NCBI RefSeq assembly: GCF_964194025.1
Contig: NC_134480.1
Coordinates: forward strand, 15,004,001-15,068,000
Length of the DNA: 64,000 nucleotides
Source of the DNA: Convolutriloba macropyga
Lineage: Eukaryota
Direction of reading: 5' to 3'
In this document: positions 23,061 through 36,400 of the stretch, piece by piece
How the letters are laid out: each line of letters opens with the position of its first letter
Numbering within the stretch: position 1 is the first letter of the stretch
Made by a program: the position numbers and the translations under genes
The notes under the pieces: model-generated
Seen by the model: the letters and a program-made list of their open reading frames with translations, nothing else
What the model was told of the DNA's origin: nothing
The model's database searches: none

Positions 23061-23700
23061 TTCGTCCTCAACGCAAAAATGAACAGCGGAGGTGATCTGT
23101 ATCTTTTTAGTGATGTGAACATTATCTTAATTTTTAGAGGGAGATTTCAGACGTATTTTTTGCACCACATGTGCTAAATTGATTGCAAGTTGGTGTTTCC
23201 GGCGAGAAGCATTTTCTTCCGCCAGCTATTTAACAGAGGTGGCCGACTTCACTTGACTTTAGATTGCACATCAACTATTTTTTCAGCGTTTTATTCAAGG
23301 CACGTGAAGTTTCCACTTTGCCGATGGCGCTTTTTTAATTGCTAACATGTGTATTAACGATTATTGTTAACATGTGTATCTTTCTATGCAATTTTTTGCT
23401 TGGTCATTTTGTTCTCTAAAATTTTGTTCTCTGGTCATTTAGGTCACTAAAATTTAGTTTAGGTTTTCTGAAATTTAGTCTGTTGCTGAAACAAAAACGA
23501 TTGTATCATAAGAAAGACAAGACCTTGATTGCGGAGTGGTAAATGCTTACGTTGCTTACTCTAGAGGTCGCGGGTTCGAACCCGTCCTCTGTAGGAGTTT
23601 TTTGCACCCATAGAACAATTGCTGGGCTGATGCCCCCTCTGAATTAATTTGCCCCGCCTGTTGTTGGAGAAAAATTTGCCGACGTTAGTCGGCTTGTTTT
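23061..23700 (+). mobile_element. Family B HINE-like element with tRNA-like module
   Basis: 5' ttcgtcctcaac; A-box-like TTGCGGAGTGG (~23529) and B-box GGTTCGAACCC (23573); shared tail tttgcacccata; terminal hairpin gccgacgttagtcggc (23678-23693). Confidence 0.6.
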
Positions 23701-24317
23701 TTCTATCAAAATGTTGGCTCAGTTTTCTTTATTCATTTTGATGCAAACATTGAGCGTTTCTAATTTTATACATGCGAGCAAAGATTAATGATTGCAAACT
23801 TGAGTTTGGTTGCTTTTCTGCAGCTCATATTTTGTTACTCTTTTTATTATCTAATGACTGCTAGTGGAGAGCAGAGCTATTTTCCCGAGTTTTTGAAGAT
23901 TGGGCTCAACTGCTAGTGTTGCAGTACAAAAAGTTAGGTGCAATTGGAAATTTTTTCAAGCATCAAAAAATTAATTAAATTGTGTTCCGAGCCATTTCTC
24001 CAAAAATTAGTTGTCCAGGAATGCTTCGTTACGCTTTTAGCTCCTTAAAGGTTATAGAAGGTCTGTAGCTATTGTTTATTGTTACGTCACCTGGGCCAAT
24101 TTTTTCCCTAATGTTCAACACTTCTAATCCCGTTAAGACTTTTTGTTTGTGTCACCTTTCCTTCAAAGTCCCCGATAAATTGTCAATCGCATTTGAATTT
24201 GATTACTTGCTGGCCATTTCAATACCTCTCACTCCGTACTTTTGGCCTGAAGATATTCGTTTTTTCTGCAGAAGTTTTATCTTCTAATAGCTCTAAAAAC
24301 AAAGTTGGAAGCAATCA

Positions 24318-25560
24318 TTTTTTCGTTCTCAAAAACGGGATAAACAGGTTAAGCCCGGTGGGCGTTACATTCTTAGAACCGTAGGGCTCGCTAGTCTTAA
24401 GATACATAAATTCATAGTGAGAAGGACGGTTTTTGGAGGGCGGATAGACCCTCTCCGACTTACTCCCCACCCCCATCGCTCGACCCCCCGCCCTCTTCAC
24501 TACCATCCTCCAACGCCACCACTTCGCTCGAACCCCATCCATCTGCACTCCGCTCACCAATGCACCCAATCCACTCAACCACCCTCTCCAATTGTGGTTC
24601 AGCTAGACTCCCTACTACTCAGATAGTTACTGACAAAGACGACGTTAGTCAGTCATACTTTTTTAAGGTCTTCGAATTATTTTTTACAATCCGAGAATTG
24701 TATTGGGGCTTTATTTTTTTAAAGATTTTTTCACACATTTTTCGATGACTTTGATCTTTCAAAACGGGATAAACGGGTAATAAATTTTGATTAGAGACAC
24801 AAAGCTGGCGTTGGTAGTCCATCAAGTGCTTAGAGTGGTGCAGCTGCTGGGGAGGCCATAATTCAAGGTTAAAAGTTCATCTTTAGGAGTTTATAGGCCC
24901 AAAAGGGTGCCATTTTTAAGTTTTCGTCAATTTTCGATTTTTTTGTTTGATTAATTTTGGATTAACGGTTTTCAAAGCTATTGAATGTCTTTTCCAAGAT
25001 ATAATGACTTTTTATGACCATTTTACAAGCTATATGTTTTGGTACTGCAAACATAACCACGAAAAATTATACTATTTTTTGCAATTTTAAGTTTTTCGAA
25101 AATTTTCGTCATAATTTGAGTTTATCCAGCTTAGAGACCATAAAACCTCCTCCGGGGTTTGATAATAGTTTACTGCATAGCTGTTTTTGGCAAAGCAACG
25201 GTTTTCAACACGGCCATCTCGAATATCGGCAATTTTGATAAAACGTGCAATTTTTTTCAATTTTAAGTTTTTTTGCCTTTTTTGAGATGTCCACGCTTCA
25301 AGAGCACAAAAAAGTCCTGCGGATTCTGATTATAGGATACTGCGTAGTTTTTAGTGGCAATGTAATTGTTTTTTGATCATTTTCAATTAAAAGTTTTGTC
25401 TTTTGTTGTTTTTTTTGTGCGTCAGTAGCCAGGTAAACTCCTTGTATTTCAAAGTCTCTTACTGTGTAATTTCTAGGGACAATGGAATGGGGTTCAACAT
25501 TTAAATATCAGGAGCTCTTGCAATTTTCGCAAATCTTTTTAAAATTTTCTAAAAATTAGT
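24318..25560 (+). mobile_element. Family B-related repeat 5' portion with C-rich tract
   Basis: Starts ttttcgttctcaaaaacgggataaacagg, as at 37652, followed by a C-rich tract and internal repeats similar to 38030-38640. 3' end not resolved. Confidence 0.5.
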
Positions 25561-26437
25561 GTCATATTCTTAGTTTATCAATCTTTGAACTAATGAAACT
25601 TATATTTGTTTAATTTGTTAGTTTCTCAAATTTTGATTCTGTTTTTTTTTCATTGTTCAATTGATGCACTGGTCAGGTACAGTAGTTCTAAGCTTTTCTT
25701 TTCGATACTTTGTATTGTGTTTCAGGTCTTGTCCTGCTACTTTTTCTATTATTTTTTTCGTGATTTCTCAAAATTAACTTAGCTTGATTAGTCATCGAAC
25801 ACTGAGTTTTGTTCCAACTTACCGTATTGCTCTGATCGTTCTTCTAAATATTGTATTGTAGCAGGATAAAGAGTTATAAAATACTATGTGTTCCTGTGCT
25901 TTTTGTTTGGATCTTTAAAAATATCGTTTACTAACTTCCGATCATTTTTTAGGGTTTTCAGCTTGATATTTAGTTGTTCAAGTAACGTTTGTTAGAACGC
26001 TGTGCACTGTATGGTGATCTTAAGATGAGTTGGTTTTATTTTTGTCCAAGAAATTCTGAACTTTCGTTACATTTCAGCAAATAGTTAAAGAAATTCGTTA
26101 AATTATCTTTTCTGTGTAAGCCGAGAAAACGTAAATGAAATATGGCCTATCATGGATGTCCTAATTTGAGGATGTGAAATAACTACTCAAAGCCAAAGAA
26201 GTATGTGAAATGTGCGATTTTAAATGCATAAAAGTTAAGCTAATTTGCTGGTTAACTTGAATTTTTGATCTGAATTATATTTTAGAGGGCGCAGAAGGTA
26301 CACTTGAATTAATAAATCTGGTGTCATTTCTATCAAGGACTGACGGACATTAGAGTTCTAGATATTTCACAATTGTTAACTGATTTATAACCTTATCCCT
26401 ATTACTTTTCATGTCCGGACCAAGTGAACATTTTCAG

Positions 26438-26724
26438 GTCCTGGCCCCAAATCAATTGGATCCTTGTACGTCTATGGAAGGGCTGTGGGTTTGGATACAG
26501 ATACGCATTTCCACCCCACATGAGTCCGGTTAGATTGCGTCATTATACGCAAGATTACGACAGTGCCTCGTTCCAAAGGCCCTGTCCCTCGCCCGTGTTC
26601 CAGCAGCACGTTGCGGAGCAGTTGACCCAGGATGATGAATCGATGCAGCAGTTTATAAACAGTGTCTTGAATCAGCTCAATTGGGCCTTTTCTGAGTTTT
26701 TGACTCAGCTATCGGAAATACAGG
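26438..26724 (+). CDS. RNF123: RNF123 coding exon 5
   Basis: R|SWPQINWILVRLWKGCGFGYRY...PCPS...LNQLNWAFSEF, the hallmark RNF123 segment. Acceptor ttttcag; donor g|gttagc, phase 1. Confidence 0.93.
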
Positions 26725-27118
26725 GTTAGCTTCTAAATTCCTAAATTAAGTTGTGCGTCAATTTCTTGGTGATCAATGTTTTCTTTAATCGTGAAGCGAT
26801 AGCGAGGCTATTAGTGGACTTATCGTATGGATTTGTTACGATTAGGAAAAATGGCGGAGCTTCCTTTCTGATCGATAGTTTTACTAAGTGTAGTTTGAGT
26901 CAAATTTGCTGCGAGTCGATTATGGAGTCTCCGGCTGTTTTGAGATCAGTTTACTCATTTTGAAAAATAAATCATTTTGGAGTGATTTGATCAAGCCAAA
27001 GCAGGAAGGTGCGAAAAAGCAATTTTTTAAACTAATTTTTTCACTCGTGTGAGAAAATGTTGCTGTGAGAAAAATTAGCTTTCTGGATCATTTTTTTCGT
27101 ATGCTGAAATTTGATTAA

Positions 27119-28190
27119 TTACTCGCGAATGAGAAGCAATTACTGTAAACGTGTGTTTTTATGCATTTTTTTTTGCTTGACCGTTTTGCGCTTTCTGGAA
27201 TAATCTTTGACTTCACGAACTTTTGATTTTTTAGTGATTTCATTGTTCTCACTCCGTAATAAAGTTTGTCGTTCTAATAAAACCGATTGTTAGTGAGTCA
27301 ATGAAAACAAGGACCTGATGGCCGAGTGGAAATAGTTTGTTGCTCTAATAAAATCGATTGTTAGTGAGTCAATGAAAACAAGGACCTGATGGCAGAGTGA
27401 AAATAGTTTGTTCTAATAAAACCGATTGTTAGTGAGTCAACGAAAACAAGGACCTGATGGCCGAGTGGAAATAGTTTGTTGCTCTAATAAAACCGATTGT
27501 TAGTGAGTCAATGAAAACAAGGACCTGATGGCAGAGTGGAAATAGTTTGTTGTTCTAGTAAAACCGATTGTTAGTGAGTCAATGAAAACAAGGACCTGAT
27601 GGCCGAGTGAAAATAGTTTGTTGCTCTAATAAAACGGATTGTTAGTGAGTCAATGAAAACAAGGACCTGATGGCCGAGTGGAAATAGTTTGTTGCTCTAA
27701 TCAAACCGATTGTTAGTGAGTCAATGAAAACAAGGACCTGATGGCCGAGTGGAAATAGTTTGTTGCTCTAATAAAACCGATTGTTAGTGAGTCAATGAGA
27801 ACAAGGATCTGATGGCCGAGTGGAAATAGTTTGTTCTGATAAAACCGATTGTTAGCGAGTCAATGAAATCAAGGACCTGATGCCAGAGTGAAAATAGTTT
27901 GTTGCTCTAATAAAACCGATTGTTAGTGAGTCAATGAAAACAAGGACCTGATGGCCGAGTGGAAATAGTTTGTTGTTCTAATAAAACCGATTTTTAGTCA
28001 GTCAATGAAAACAAGGACCTGGTGGGCGAAGCGTATAACGACGGAATCGGACTCATGGGGTTGGGGTTCGAATCCTACCTTCGGCTGATGTTTTGGCACC
28101 CATAAAAAATTTATCTGGGATACAGCCCCTGACTTAAATTGCGCCGCCTGTCATTCGAGAGCAGTTTTTCCGACGCTAGTCGGTTTATTT
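27119..28190 (+). mobile_element. Family B HINE-like element containing the 71-bp array and tRNA-like module
   Basis: 5' ctcgcgaatga (27122) pairs with 3' tcattcgagag (28151); hairpin ccgacgctagtcgg (28170-28183); B-box GGTTCGAATCC at 28065. Confidence 0.65.
27263..28022 (+). repeat. Minisatellite, ~10.7 copies of a 71-bp unit (two 68-bp variants)
   Basis: The ggacctga core (variants ggatctga at 27805, ggacctgg at 28015) recurs at 27311, 27382, 27450, 27521, 27592, 27663, 27734, 27805, 27873, 27944 and 28015. Confidence 0.95.
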
Positions 28191-28214
28191 TTTGGTTTAT
28201 TTTTTTTAGTTTTC

Positions 28215-29722
28215 CTTGATTGCGAGACGGTACATATGTGTTCTAGTTGTGCCTATTTGCCTCCGCTGGAATTCATTCAGGGGAGCTGAAACTTTTTATG
28301 ACTTTGCCACTATTTGTCTTCATAAAATAGTGATTTTTAGATTTTGCCCCCTTCTTTCAAAATTTTCTGTTGTCTTATCACTTAGTATCATCAATGACAG
28401 CTCTGATTGATTGATAATGAGGCATAAAAGAGACTATTTAATAGTTTGAGTTAATACCGAATGCTTTTAATGACTTTGACACTACTTTTTCTCAAAAATT
28501 TTGAGTTAATTTTTGAGTTGTGCGAGTATTTATTGGACTTCTTGATATCTATCATTTAATCTCTTTTGGGATAGATCTCTGATGCTGCTAATAGGAGTTA
28601 TTTTGTCGATTTTGATCGTTTTTGTTCAAAGCTAGTGCTTTCTTTGAATTTGACACTGATTGTTTTCAATAATAATTATCGAATTTTTTAGTTGCGAGTT
28701 TTTCTTTTATACTTTGTCATTTTAACTCTTAGTCTCATTATTGACGGGTCTCAGCGCTTGCTAAAAAGGCATCAATTAAAGCATGTCATTTCAGTTCATA
28801 GCTATTGCTTTTTGTGATTTATGCGCTGTTTCGTTATTTAAAAATATCTTTGATTTTTAGTTCTGCTAGTATTTGTTGTACTTTTTGCTGTCTAATCGCC
28901 TAATCTCATTGATGACAGATTTCAAAGGCTGTCATTGATGAATCAATTAATTGATGTAATTCTATCCGTCAGTAGCTGATGCGTTCTGTGACTTTTATAC
29001 TAAGTGTTTTCAAAAAGTTGAGTTTTATTGCGATTGTTGGTTATTTTTGTCTTATCATTTAATATTGTTAGTGAGAGGACTCATCGACATTTAATGACAG
29101 GTTGCTAATGGGAAATAGAGGAATAGAGTTGTCAGTTTGATTTCATAGCAGTTGTATTCTGGTGTTGATCCTGTCTTTTCAAAAATAAAAGTTGAATATT
29201 TAATCTGGCTTGTTTTTGTTCTGGTGTTGTTTTATTGCTCAGTCTCTTTACTAAAAGCTCTCGTTTGCCTTTTACTTGTAAAGCGGATATGATTATTGTC
29301 AGGTTATAAATAATACAATTCTTTGAATTGTTTTTCAGGACTTGTCCTGCTACGTTTTTTTTAATTCGTCTCCATCGATGATTCTTGCGACCTGACTTCT
29401 TGGAATTGACTTTTTCAATGACTTCATTGACATCTACTGCTTTGCAGTTAAACTTTGAGCACGTGGCGTCATTTGTCCTTCTTTTATGTCAATTGCGTGA
29501 CTTACCTCTCTCAAAAAATTGACTTCTGAAATCACTTTATGAACATTTACTAGATTTAAATATCAATACTGTGCCTCCAGGTAGTGCCAAACGTATACGC
29601 CCTAATTTTTGAGTATTAGAGTCTGTTCAATCTGTCTATCTTATTTCCTTGGTTGTTTCGATTCATGGAAGGCCACAAGCATCTATCGTGGCTATTTTCC
29701 GGCAATCTGCCGGCTTTGTTTT
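28215..29722 (+). mobile_element. 5'-truncated family A HINE-like element
   Basis: Homologous to ~10810-11640 and ~18400-19100; ends cgtggctattttccggcaatctgccggctttgtttt. Confidence 0.7.
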
Positions 29723-30263
29723 AAACGCCGAGAATTTGACTCCTCTGTGTTTTGAGCAACTATTGTTTTTCTTAATGGACGTATCGTCTAACAAAACTGC
29801 AGTCGTTTAATAAAACTGCTATTATGCAGGATTTGGCATAACTGAGATAGTCCTCTCTGAATGTAGTGAGTGATTATTGCCCTTCTCTTGTTGTTCTATT
29901 ATTTTGCCAAGATTTTTCTTCGTACGCCATTAGACCATTAGATTGTTCGAACAGAGTTTTGCTCATTGATTCATGAAGGTTTCCGAAAGTTTTTTGTGGG
30001 TTATTCCATTTTCAACACTCGCTTCAATATTTGTCAAAAGCGCTGAAATTACCTTTTTTAAATACTGAAGAAAGGACTCGTCTGTCCTGTAAAATTCTGC
30101 AATTTTAAAAAAAACTTGTTTGACAAATTGTTCATTATTTCAAAAGTTTTCTTATGGGTAATATTGCGACTTAAGTTAATCCTTCTTCAATTAAGATAAA
30201 ATGAGCGATTTACCCAACGTTGGATTGATTAGACGATAGCCTTAACAGGATTACATTTAACAG

Positions 30264-30472
30264 GATCGCCGCTGACATCTTCATCCGACTCTTCGAATGG
30301 AATGAATGAGAACAGAAGGAAGCACAAGCTGGTAGCTACCTGTTTCGATTTGTCAGTTGGGTTGCTGAGGGTGATTGAGCTGATCGTGGCAGTGGCGCCT
30401 CAATTGTTCACTGACCCAAATAGACCCAATTCTGAACTCCTGTTGAAGAGACTAATGCAACTTCTCAGTCAG
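30264..30472 (+). CDS. RNF123: RNF123 coding exon 6
   Basis: KLVATCFDLSVGLLRVIE...SELLLKRLMQLLSQ; acceptor aacag, phase 1; donor cag|gtattc, phase 0. Confidence 0.9.
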
Positions 30473-30784
30473 GTATTCTTTGAACGTACGATTGGAGCTC
30501 CACTCGTTTTTTTAATAGCGTAAGGTACGAAATTTAATTCCCTTATGTGAAGTTGGTTAATAAATTGCTTGCTAAAATTCTATTCAAACATATTCAGACT
30601 TTTGAAAATGGGTGGGCGAGGGGAGGGGGCTTTTACATTGATCCGGTTGATGAAAACAAAATTGAATTGGTGCGTGTTGACAGTGGATATTGGGTGGCTG
30701 TTGATTTTTTTTAAGTATTTTTTATTTCGAAGTTCAGAATTTTGTACTTCAAAATGTAATAACTGACTGTATGTCCGACTTCAG

Positions 30785-30943
30785 GTGTTCTCACGAGTGA
30801 CGTCGCAAACTGGCGCCTTTCAGCAAGTGATAAGGAGGAAGAAGTTTGGTTCATTAGACTCAGTTGACAACTACCCTATTTTGACTGCAACTGCTGGCAT
30901 TCTCACACGCTTGGCCTTCCAGTCGCCGGCAAAAGGCAGAGAA
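30785..30943 (+). CDS. RNF123: RNF123 coding exon 7
   Basis: VFSRVT...LDSVDNYPILTATAGIL; ttcag| acceptor, gaa|gtatgt donor. Confidence 0.88.
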
Positions 30944-31366
30944 GTATGTAATAACTTGAATAAATCTTTGCGCTGCTTGTCAAAACTCACGAGTAACCCA
31001 AGGAACACGTGTAACTTTTCCCTGATAGTCTTCTGATGACATGATAGAAATGCCTGGAGAGTATACCAAAAACGAGAAAAATCAGGACATTTAATCAAAA
31101 ATTAATGTGAGCACCTAGTTTATTGGGCATAGGATCACCACCCCCTCGCCCCACTTGCGGTATATCCGTCTCCTATAGCAAGTGCTTCCTTAACATTTAC
31201 ATGGTAATGCTATGTATAGCAACGCGGGTTAAATGGCACTGAGGGAGGGGGGGATGCTTCAGTTTGTAATTAGTCTTTCCAAAATTATAAAATGTATCGA
31301 ACATTCGAACGTTTATGATCTGAGAGCAAATAATATTTTCCTGATTATTAACTTGCTACATTAAAG

Positions 31367-31525
31367 GTTGCGGTGAATGCGTTGTTCAATGAAGCGTCAT
31401 TCACTTTGGAGTCTTTGGAATTCATGGTTCCCTCAGTTGGTACAGTCGAGTCGCTAATTGGAACCTCCAGCAGCAATTCAGTGTCCCAACAGCACCAAAA
31501 GTTCTCCTTTTGCAATTATGAAGAG
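31367..31525 (+). CDS. RNF123: RNF123 coding exon 8 (not in ORF track)
   Basis: taaag|VAVNALFNEASFTLESLEFM...KFSFCNYEE|gtcagt; phase 0-0, fits between exons 7 and 9. Confidence 0.78.
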
Positions 31526-31865
31526 GTCAGTTAAATATTATATTTTCTATCTTAACCAATTGAAGATATTTGGCGAATTTCACGATACTTGGCTCCCAAC
31601 CATATTTTTGTTGAAAACTGTAAACCTTCAAGCATTTCACAGCTGTGACTTAAGAGCAACCTTAAAATTTAACTGATGGGAAGCAAAGTTTGTTATTGTG
31701 TATATAAAGATTTAGAAAATAATATTCTGTCTGGGTATAAAAAATTTTACTCGAATTATCTCAATTTTAAAACAAAAATTACTGAGTATAACTCAAGTAA
31801 AATTACTCAATTATAACAGCTCACTAATCCGTCAAAAATATAATGAGATAATTTCCGTTTTTCAG

Positions 31866-32174
31866 ATTTCTACCGACGAAATCGAACAAGTGCAGAAACT
31901 GATTCAGATATTCAGAACAGAAAAGGAATCTAGTGGGTCTTCGACTTCAATTCTGGGCAGAAAAACCATCTCGGACGAGGATCTTTGCCCGATTTGCTGT
32001 GCCTCAGAAATTAGTGTTATGTTTGAACCATGTGGACACACGTCTTGCAAGTCGTGCATTCAACATCAGTTGATGAATCGTAATGAATGTTTCTTCTGCA
32101 AGCGAGCGGTTGAAAAGTTCTCAAAGATACAGCCCCAAAGTGGAGCGAAATCAAACGCCTCGAAGATTGCGTAA
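31866..32174 (+). CDS. RNF123: RNF123 coding exon 9 (C3HC4 RING)
   Basis: ttcag|ISTDEIEQV...EDLCPICCA...FEPCGHTSCKSCIQHQLMNRNECFFCK; stop TAA. Spliced CDS is ~1258 aa from ATG 8031. Confidence 0.93.
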   Translation: MSTDEIEQVQKLIQIFRTEKESSGSSTSILGRKTISDEDLCPICCASEISVMFEPCGHTSCKSCIQHQLMNRNECFFCKRAVEKFSKIQPQSGAKSNASKIA

Positions 32175-33449
32175 ACAGGGTGAAGGTCAACACTACTCGA
32201 ATCATTTCTATACAATTTAAAACAGAAGTTTTCAACTCATAACCATCATCACATCGCTTCTGATTAGACTTAAGTTAGTTAATCTCTATTTTAGCTGTCA
32301 AAATTGAAATAATTTCAGATAATATTTTTTGAGCATAGATTCTTCGAAGAGAAACTATACTGAGCATCATTTACAGGGCGTTGCCGTGATTTTCTGAATG
32401 ACTGCTTATTTAAGTTTCTCAGCTACAGCTGCACAAGTCGAAACAGCTGTTAATGAAGGTTAATGCCATTTTTAAGGTTAATGCCATTTGCTTCTGAATG
32501 TTAATGCCATTTTTAAAACCGTAATTTCTCAGAATTTTTTAAAATCAAATCCCATAGTTGGTTTCCCGAGTGCGTAAAGTGACTCACTAAGAGTCTGTTA
32601 GAGCTCTACTAGTCTCTGACTATAAAACTACTGAGGAATAATGATTTGAATGTAAATTATTGGAAGTTTCGACCCACCTCTTTTCTTGAACTGTTGAAGT
32701 TTCTAACAAGTTCTTTTTCCAAAAGTTTTGGCCATAGAAGACTGAATAAGATCAAGTAGCTTCCATATGCTGGTTGCTCTAATTGTACAAGTAATGAGTC
32801 TCTTCGTTGAATTCAATAAATTTTACCTGAACATTTTTAAGGATATGTATTTAAAACTTTTAATTTTTTCTCTGAAGGAAAATAAGTGAACATTTTAAAG
32901 TTTAAATGAGCTTAGAAATTTTTAAGAATATAAAACAGAACGAGATAGATAAGAAGGACTGACTGGCACTATAGAAACTGCAACATGAAGAGTACAAATA
33001 ACAAGACCAGGATTGCTGAATAACAAAACCTGACATTAGAGTTAATTAAAAGAAAATTTAAATTGTAGTCGTACAAACGTTAACGTAAAGATTGCATAAA
33101 TGAAATGAGACTGTAGAAAACTCTGCTTTCTGTCGTCGATCATGGGTTGCTACATGTTATCAGAAAACATTCTGGAGTCTTGGGTAAATTAATTTTGTCT
33201 CGTTTTCTAATTTGAAAATTTTTATTAATACTACGCCTGCGAGATTTTACGATTGAGCCCCTACTTACTCCATTAGCGAACTTGCCTCTACTGACGGTGA
33301 AATGAGCCTTTGGATTCAACTAGTGAAGCCAACCGATCATGGACAATCTGATTGATCACAAGCAGCAAGGCCAGGAGTAAGTAGAAGTCACAAAAAATTA
33401 CCCGAACCCCACACTAAATACATACCGAACTAACTCAAAGTTATTAACA

Positions 33450-36400
33450 AGGAAAGTAGTTTTGAATGTATGATAAAAAATTCATTCACTTCCTTATATG
33501 AGCAACCGATCAGGTCAGGCATCATATCAACCTCTATTTATACAAAATAGTGGATCGATATTGAATAGATGAACGTTAATTTTTAGTTTTGAAAGCCGGC
33601 ACTCTTTTGCAAATTTGAACAAGAAGAGCGTGTTGAAGCTAAATTTATTTTGAAAAGTAAACAAACTGTTTAAAATTTATCTGAATGGAAATTATTGATA
33701 GATTTTAAGACAAATTTTAAAATTTCATAAATGTAGTTCATAGACAGAGGATTTTATTATCAGCAAATATATCTTCACTAATGTCTGTTCTTTTTCTGAA
33801 GTAGTTGAACTTGAGACTTTTCTTTTGAAACAGGATGAAAGGTGTAAGTGAGCTATAGCTGCAGCACCCGTAAATTAGTGCTCCATACTGTAAAGCAGGA
33901 TTAATATTGCTAAGATAATATCTTAGAAGTAGTTTTCTTGGGGTATAATGTCTCAGCTTCGATATAATTCCACAATGCTTGGATAACTTTGGAATAAGTT
34001 TTGTTTTAACAGTCTGAAAGCAGAGCCGTGTATCAATAAAAATACCGAGATATTTAAACGATGAAGTTTCTTGACAATAATATTATTAAACGCAAACATT
34101 GAACTGGGATTGGAAGCACTTTTACCAAAAGTCATTCGAACGGTTTTGTCTAAGTTTAGCGCTTACTTATTAGCATTTAGCCATTGACTTATTTTACTTA
34201 AGTTCTTTTCGATTTCTTTTCGGAGGCAGGCAAATGATATTACATGTATCATGTGCAAACAAGTAGATTGCAGAGCTGTTACAAAGATAGCGAAGGTCAT
34301 ATATTTCAGGAACAATAGGGGACCTAACATTGAGCCATGTTTTACACCACACTTAATCGGAAGCCATGTGGATGACATGTCACAAACTTCCACCCGTTGT
34401 TTTCTATCACTAAGATATGACATGAAAAATTTGTAACATGGTCCTCTTACTCCATAACATTCTAAATTACGTAACGAATTTCATGGTCTACCGTATCAAA
34501 GGCTTTTTTTCAAATCAAGAAAGAAAGTTACTTCTAGTTTATAGTTTGATCTAAATTTTTTGGTAATGCAAGCTAACGCGTTAATTGTACTTTGCTTTGC
34601 ACTAAATCCATACTGTTGGCAATAAAATAATGCACATTTTTCAATATAATTGTAAACTGTTATACATTGCCTTCTCGAAATTTTTACTGAATACTTTCAA
34701 AAACGATATAGTTGCTAATGTTTCATATCTGATTTAAAGCCGTTTTTAAACAATGGAAAAACTTTTGCTTGTGATGTGATGGAAATTTACCTTGTTTGAA
34801 AGATTGATTAACAAAAGCAGCAAGGAGAGGTGATAGTTTCCCTTAAACGTCTTTGCTATCACATTGCATATAAAATCATCGGCTGAGCTATTTTTTTTAT
34901 CAATCCAATTAATGAGATCAGAAACTTCTGTTTCTTTGACTTCAAATAAAAACATGGACGGACTTTCAGGCGCAATTGTTTTTAATTCACTATTTTTAAC
35001 ACTTTGAATATCATACCCGATATTCGTAAAGTGCATGTTGAGTTTTTCAACATTTTATTGGCTGGTAGGTCAGTACAGTTTGAGTCTTTCAGCTTGGGAA
35101 CAATTTCAGAGTTGTTATTGATATCTCTTTTACCGTTACACTTGTCTTGAGTGTCCAATGCTTTGATTAAATTTATCTCTGTAATAATTTGGCTTGGTCT
35201 TAGTTTTCAGGGCATTTAATTTTGCCCTTAGATGTTTAAAATTATTTAAGGCTGCTTCTATTTGGGATGACTTCCATTGCCGATGTGCTTTGTTTCTTCT
35301 TATTTTTAAGTTCTTCATACTGTTTGATAACCAAGGGGTTTTCTCTAAGTTGATAACCATTTAAAATGAATCGGATAGTCGCCTGTAAAGTTAGTGTGAC
35401 CCAAAACGAAAAATTCGGGTTGTTCAATATTTGGGAAAATGAAATGATCAAAACAAGTTGAAGGTTTGTCATCAACTCTAGTAGGTATTGGTTCATTTAT
35501 TACAAACCGATCACTTGCAATACAGCCTTTGTAATTCTGTGAGTTTGTTTTCTTCAAGGATGTCAATTTTTATATCACCGCACATTACAAAGGGATCATT
35601 AGACTTAGTAAATGATTCCAGAAAAACGTACAACGTGTCAACAAACTCGAGTTAGTTAACTCTGGGAGCAACATAAATAGTAAGTAATTTGAACTTATAA
35701 CTGTTGATTTCAACTTCTAATAACAATGCCTATTTTAATTTGGTTGGGATTTCTTTTAATTTTGTCAAATTTTCCCACAACTATTTTATAACACCGCCAC
35801 CAGTGTATGCGCGGTTTTTACGCTGTGTTCTTTATACCCACAAATAAGATAGTTCTTCAGAGTTGGAGAGCCATGTCTGTTAGACATAAAATTTCAGGTG
35901 GAGACTCAAGATTTGTTACAAATGCTTCCAATTCCCGATAGTTTTTCTTTAAGGAGCACATCTACATCCAGGAAAGACACATGCTTAACAGTAGTGTCAA
36001 AATTGCTTCCAATTACTCTTGGGTTCATTTAGTTTTAATTTATTTGGGCTAAAAAAGAAGCTCCCTCAGCTCCCTCGCCGAAGCAGCTTTTAACATTTTT
36101 CATAGAGTACTGTAAATCAATAGCACCTTGATATAACCCATTTATCTTATATCTTATGGTTTTTCCCTGTGCCTTCTGTGGTCCTGCAAAAATCGATACG
36201 TTGATCTTGTAGCATCATTTGAAGGAAATTGAGTATTGCTTTTGTTGTCTTCAGGTATCTCAATATGGCTCAACTCGGGAAAAGATTTTAATTCTTTTTT
36301 CCTTCTCAGCAGCTGTATTTTTGCAGCACACCTCGAAAAACCTACAATTATTGGTTTCGCTGAGCTACTAAATCTGGATGGTAGGGAGCTATTGAGATGT

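Noticed and set aside
23521-23595. Functional tRNA gene (also 19870-19935, 28015-28085, 54645-54716)
   Set aside because: A/B boxes are present but there are no convincing acceptor and anticodon stems; the modules are embedded in repeats.
27311-27345. Hammerhead in the 71-bp unit (CTGATGG...GAAA)
   Set aside because: The conserved A9 is missing and there is no credible stem II/III; a Pol III A-box explains the sequence better.
27263-28022. CRISPR-like array
   Set aside because: Whole units repeat with no unique spacers, there are no cas genes, and the context is a eukaryotic intron.
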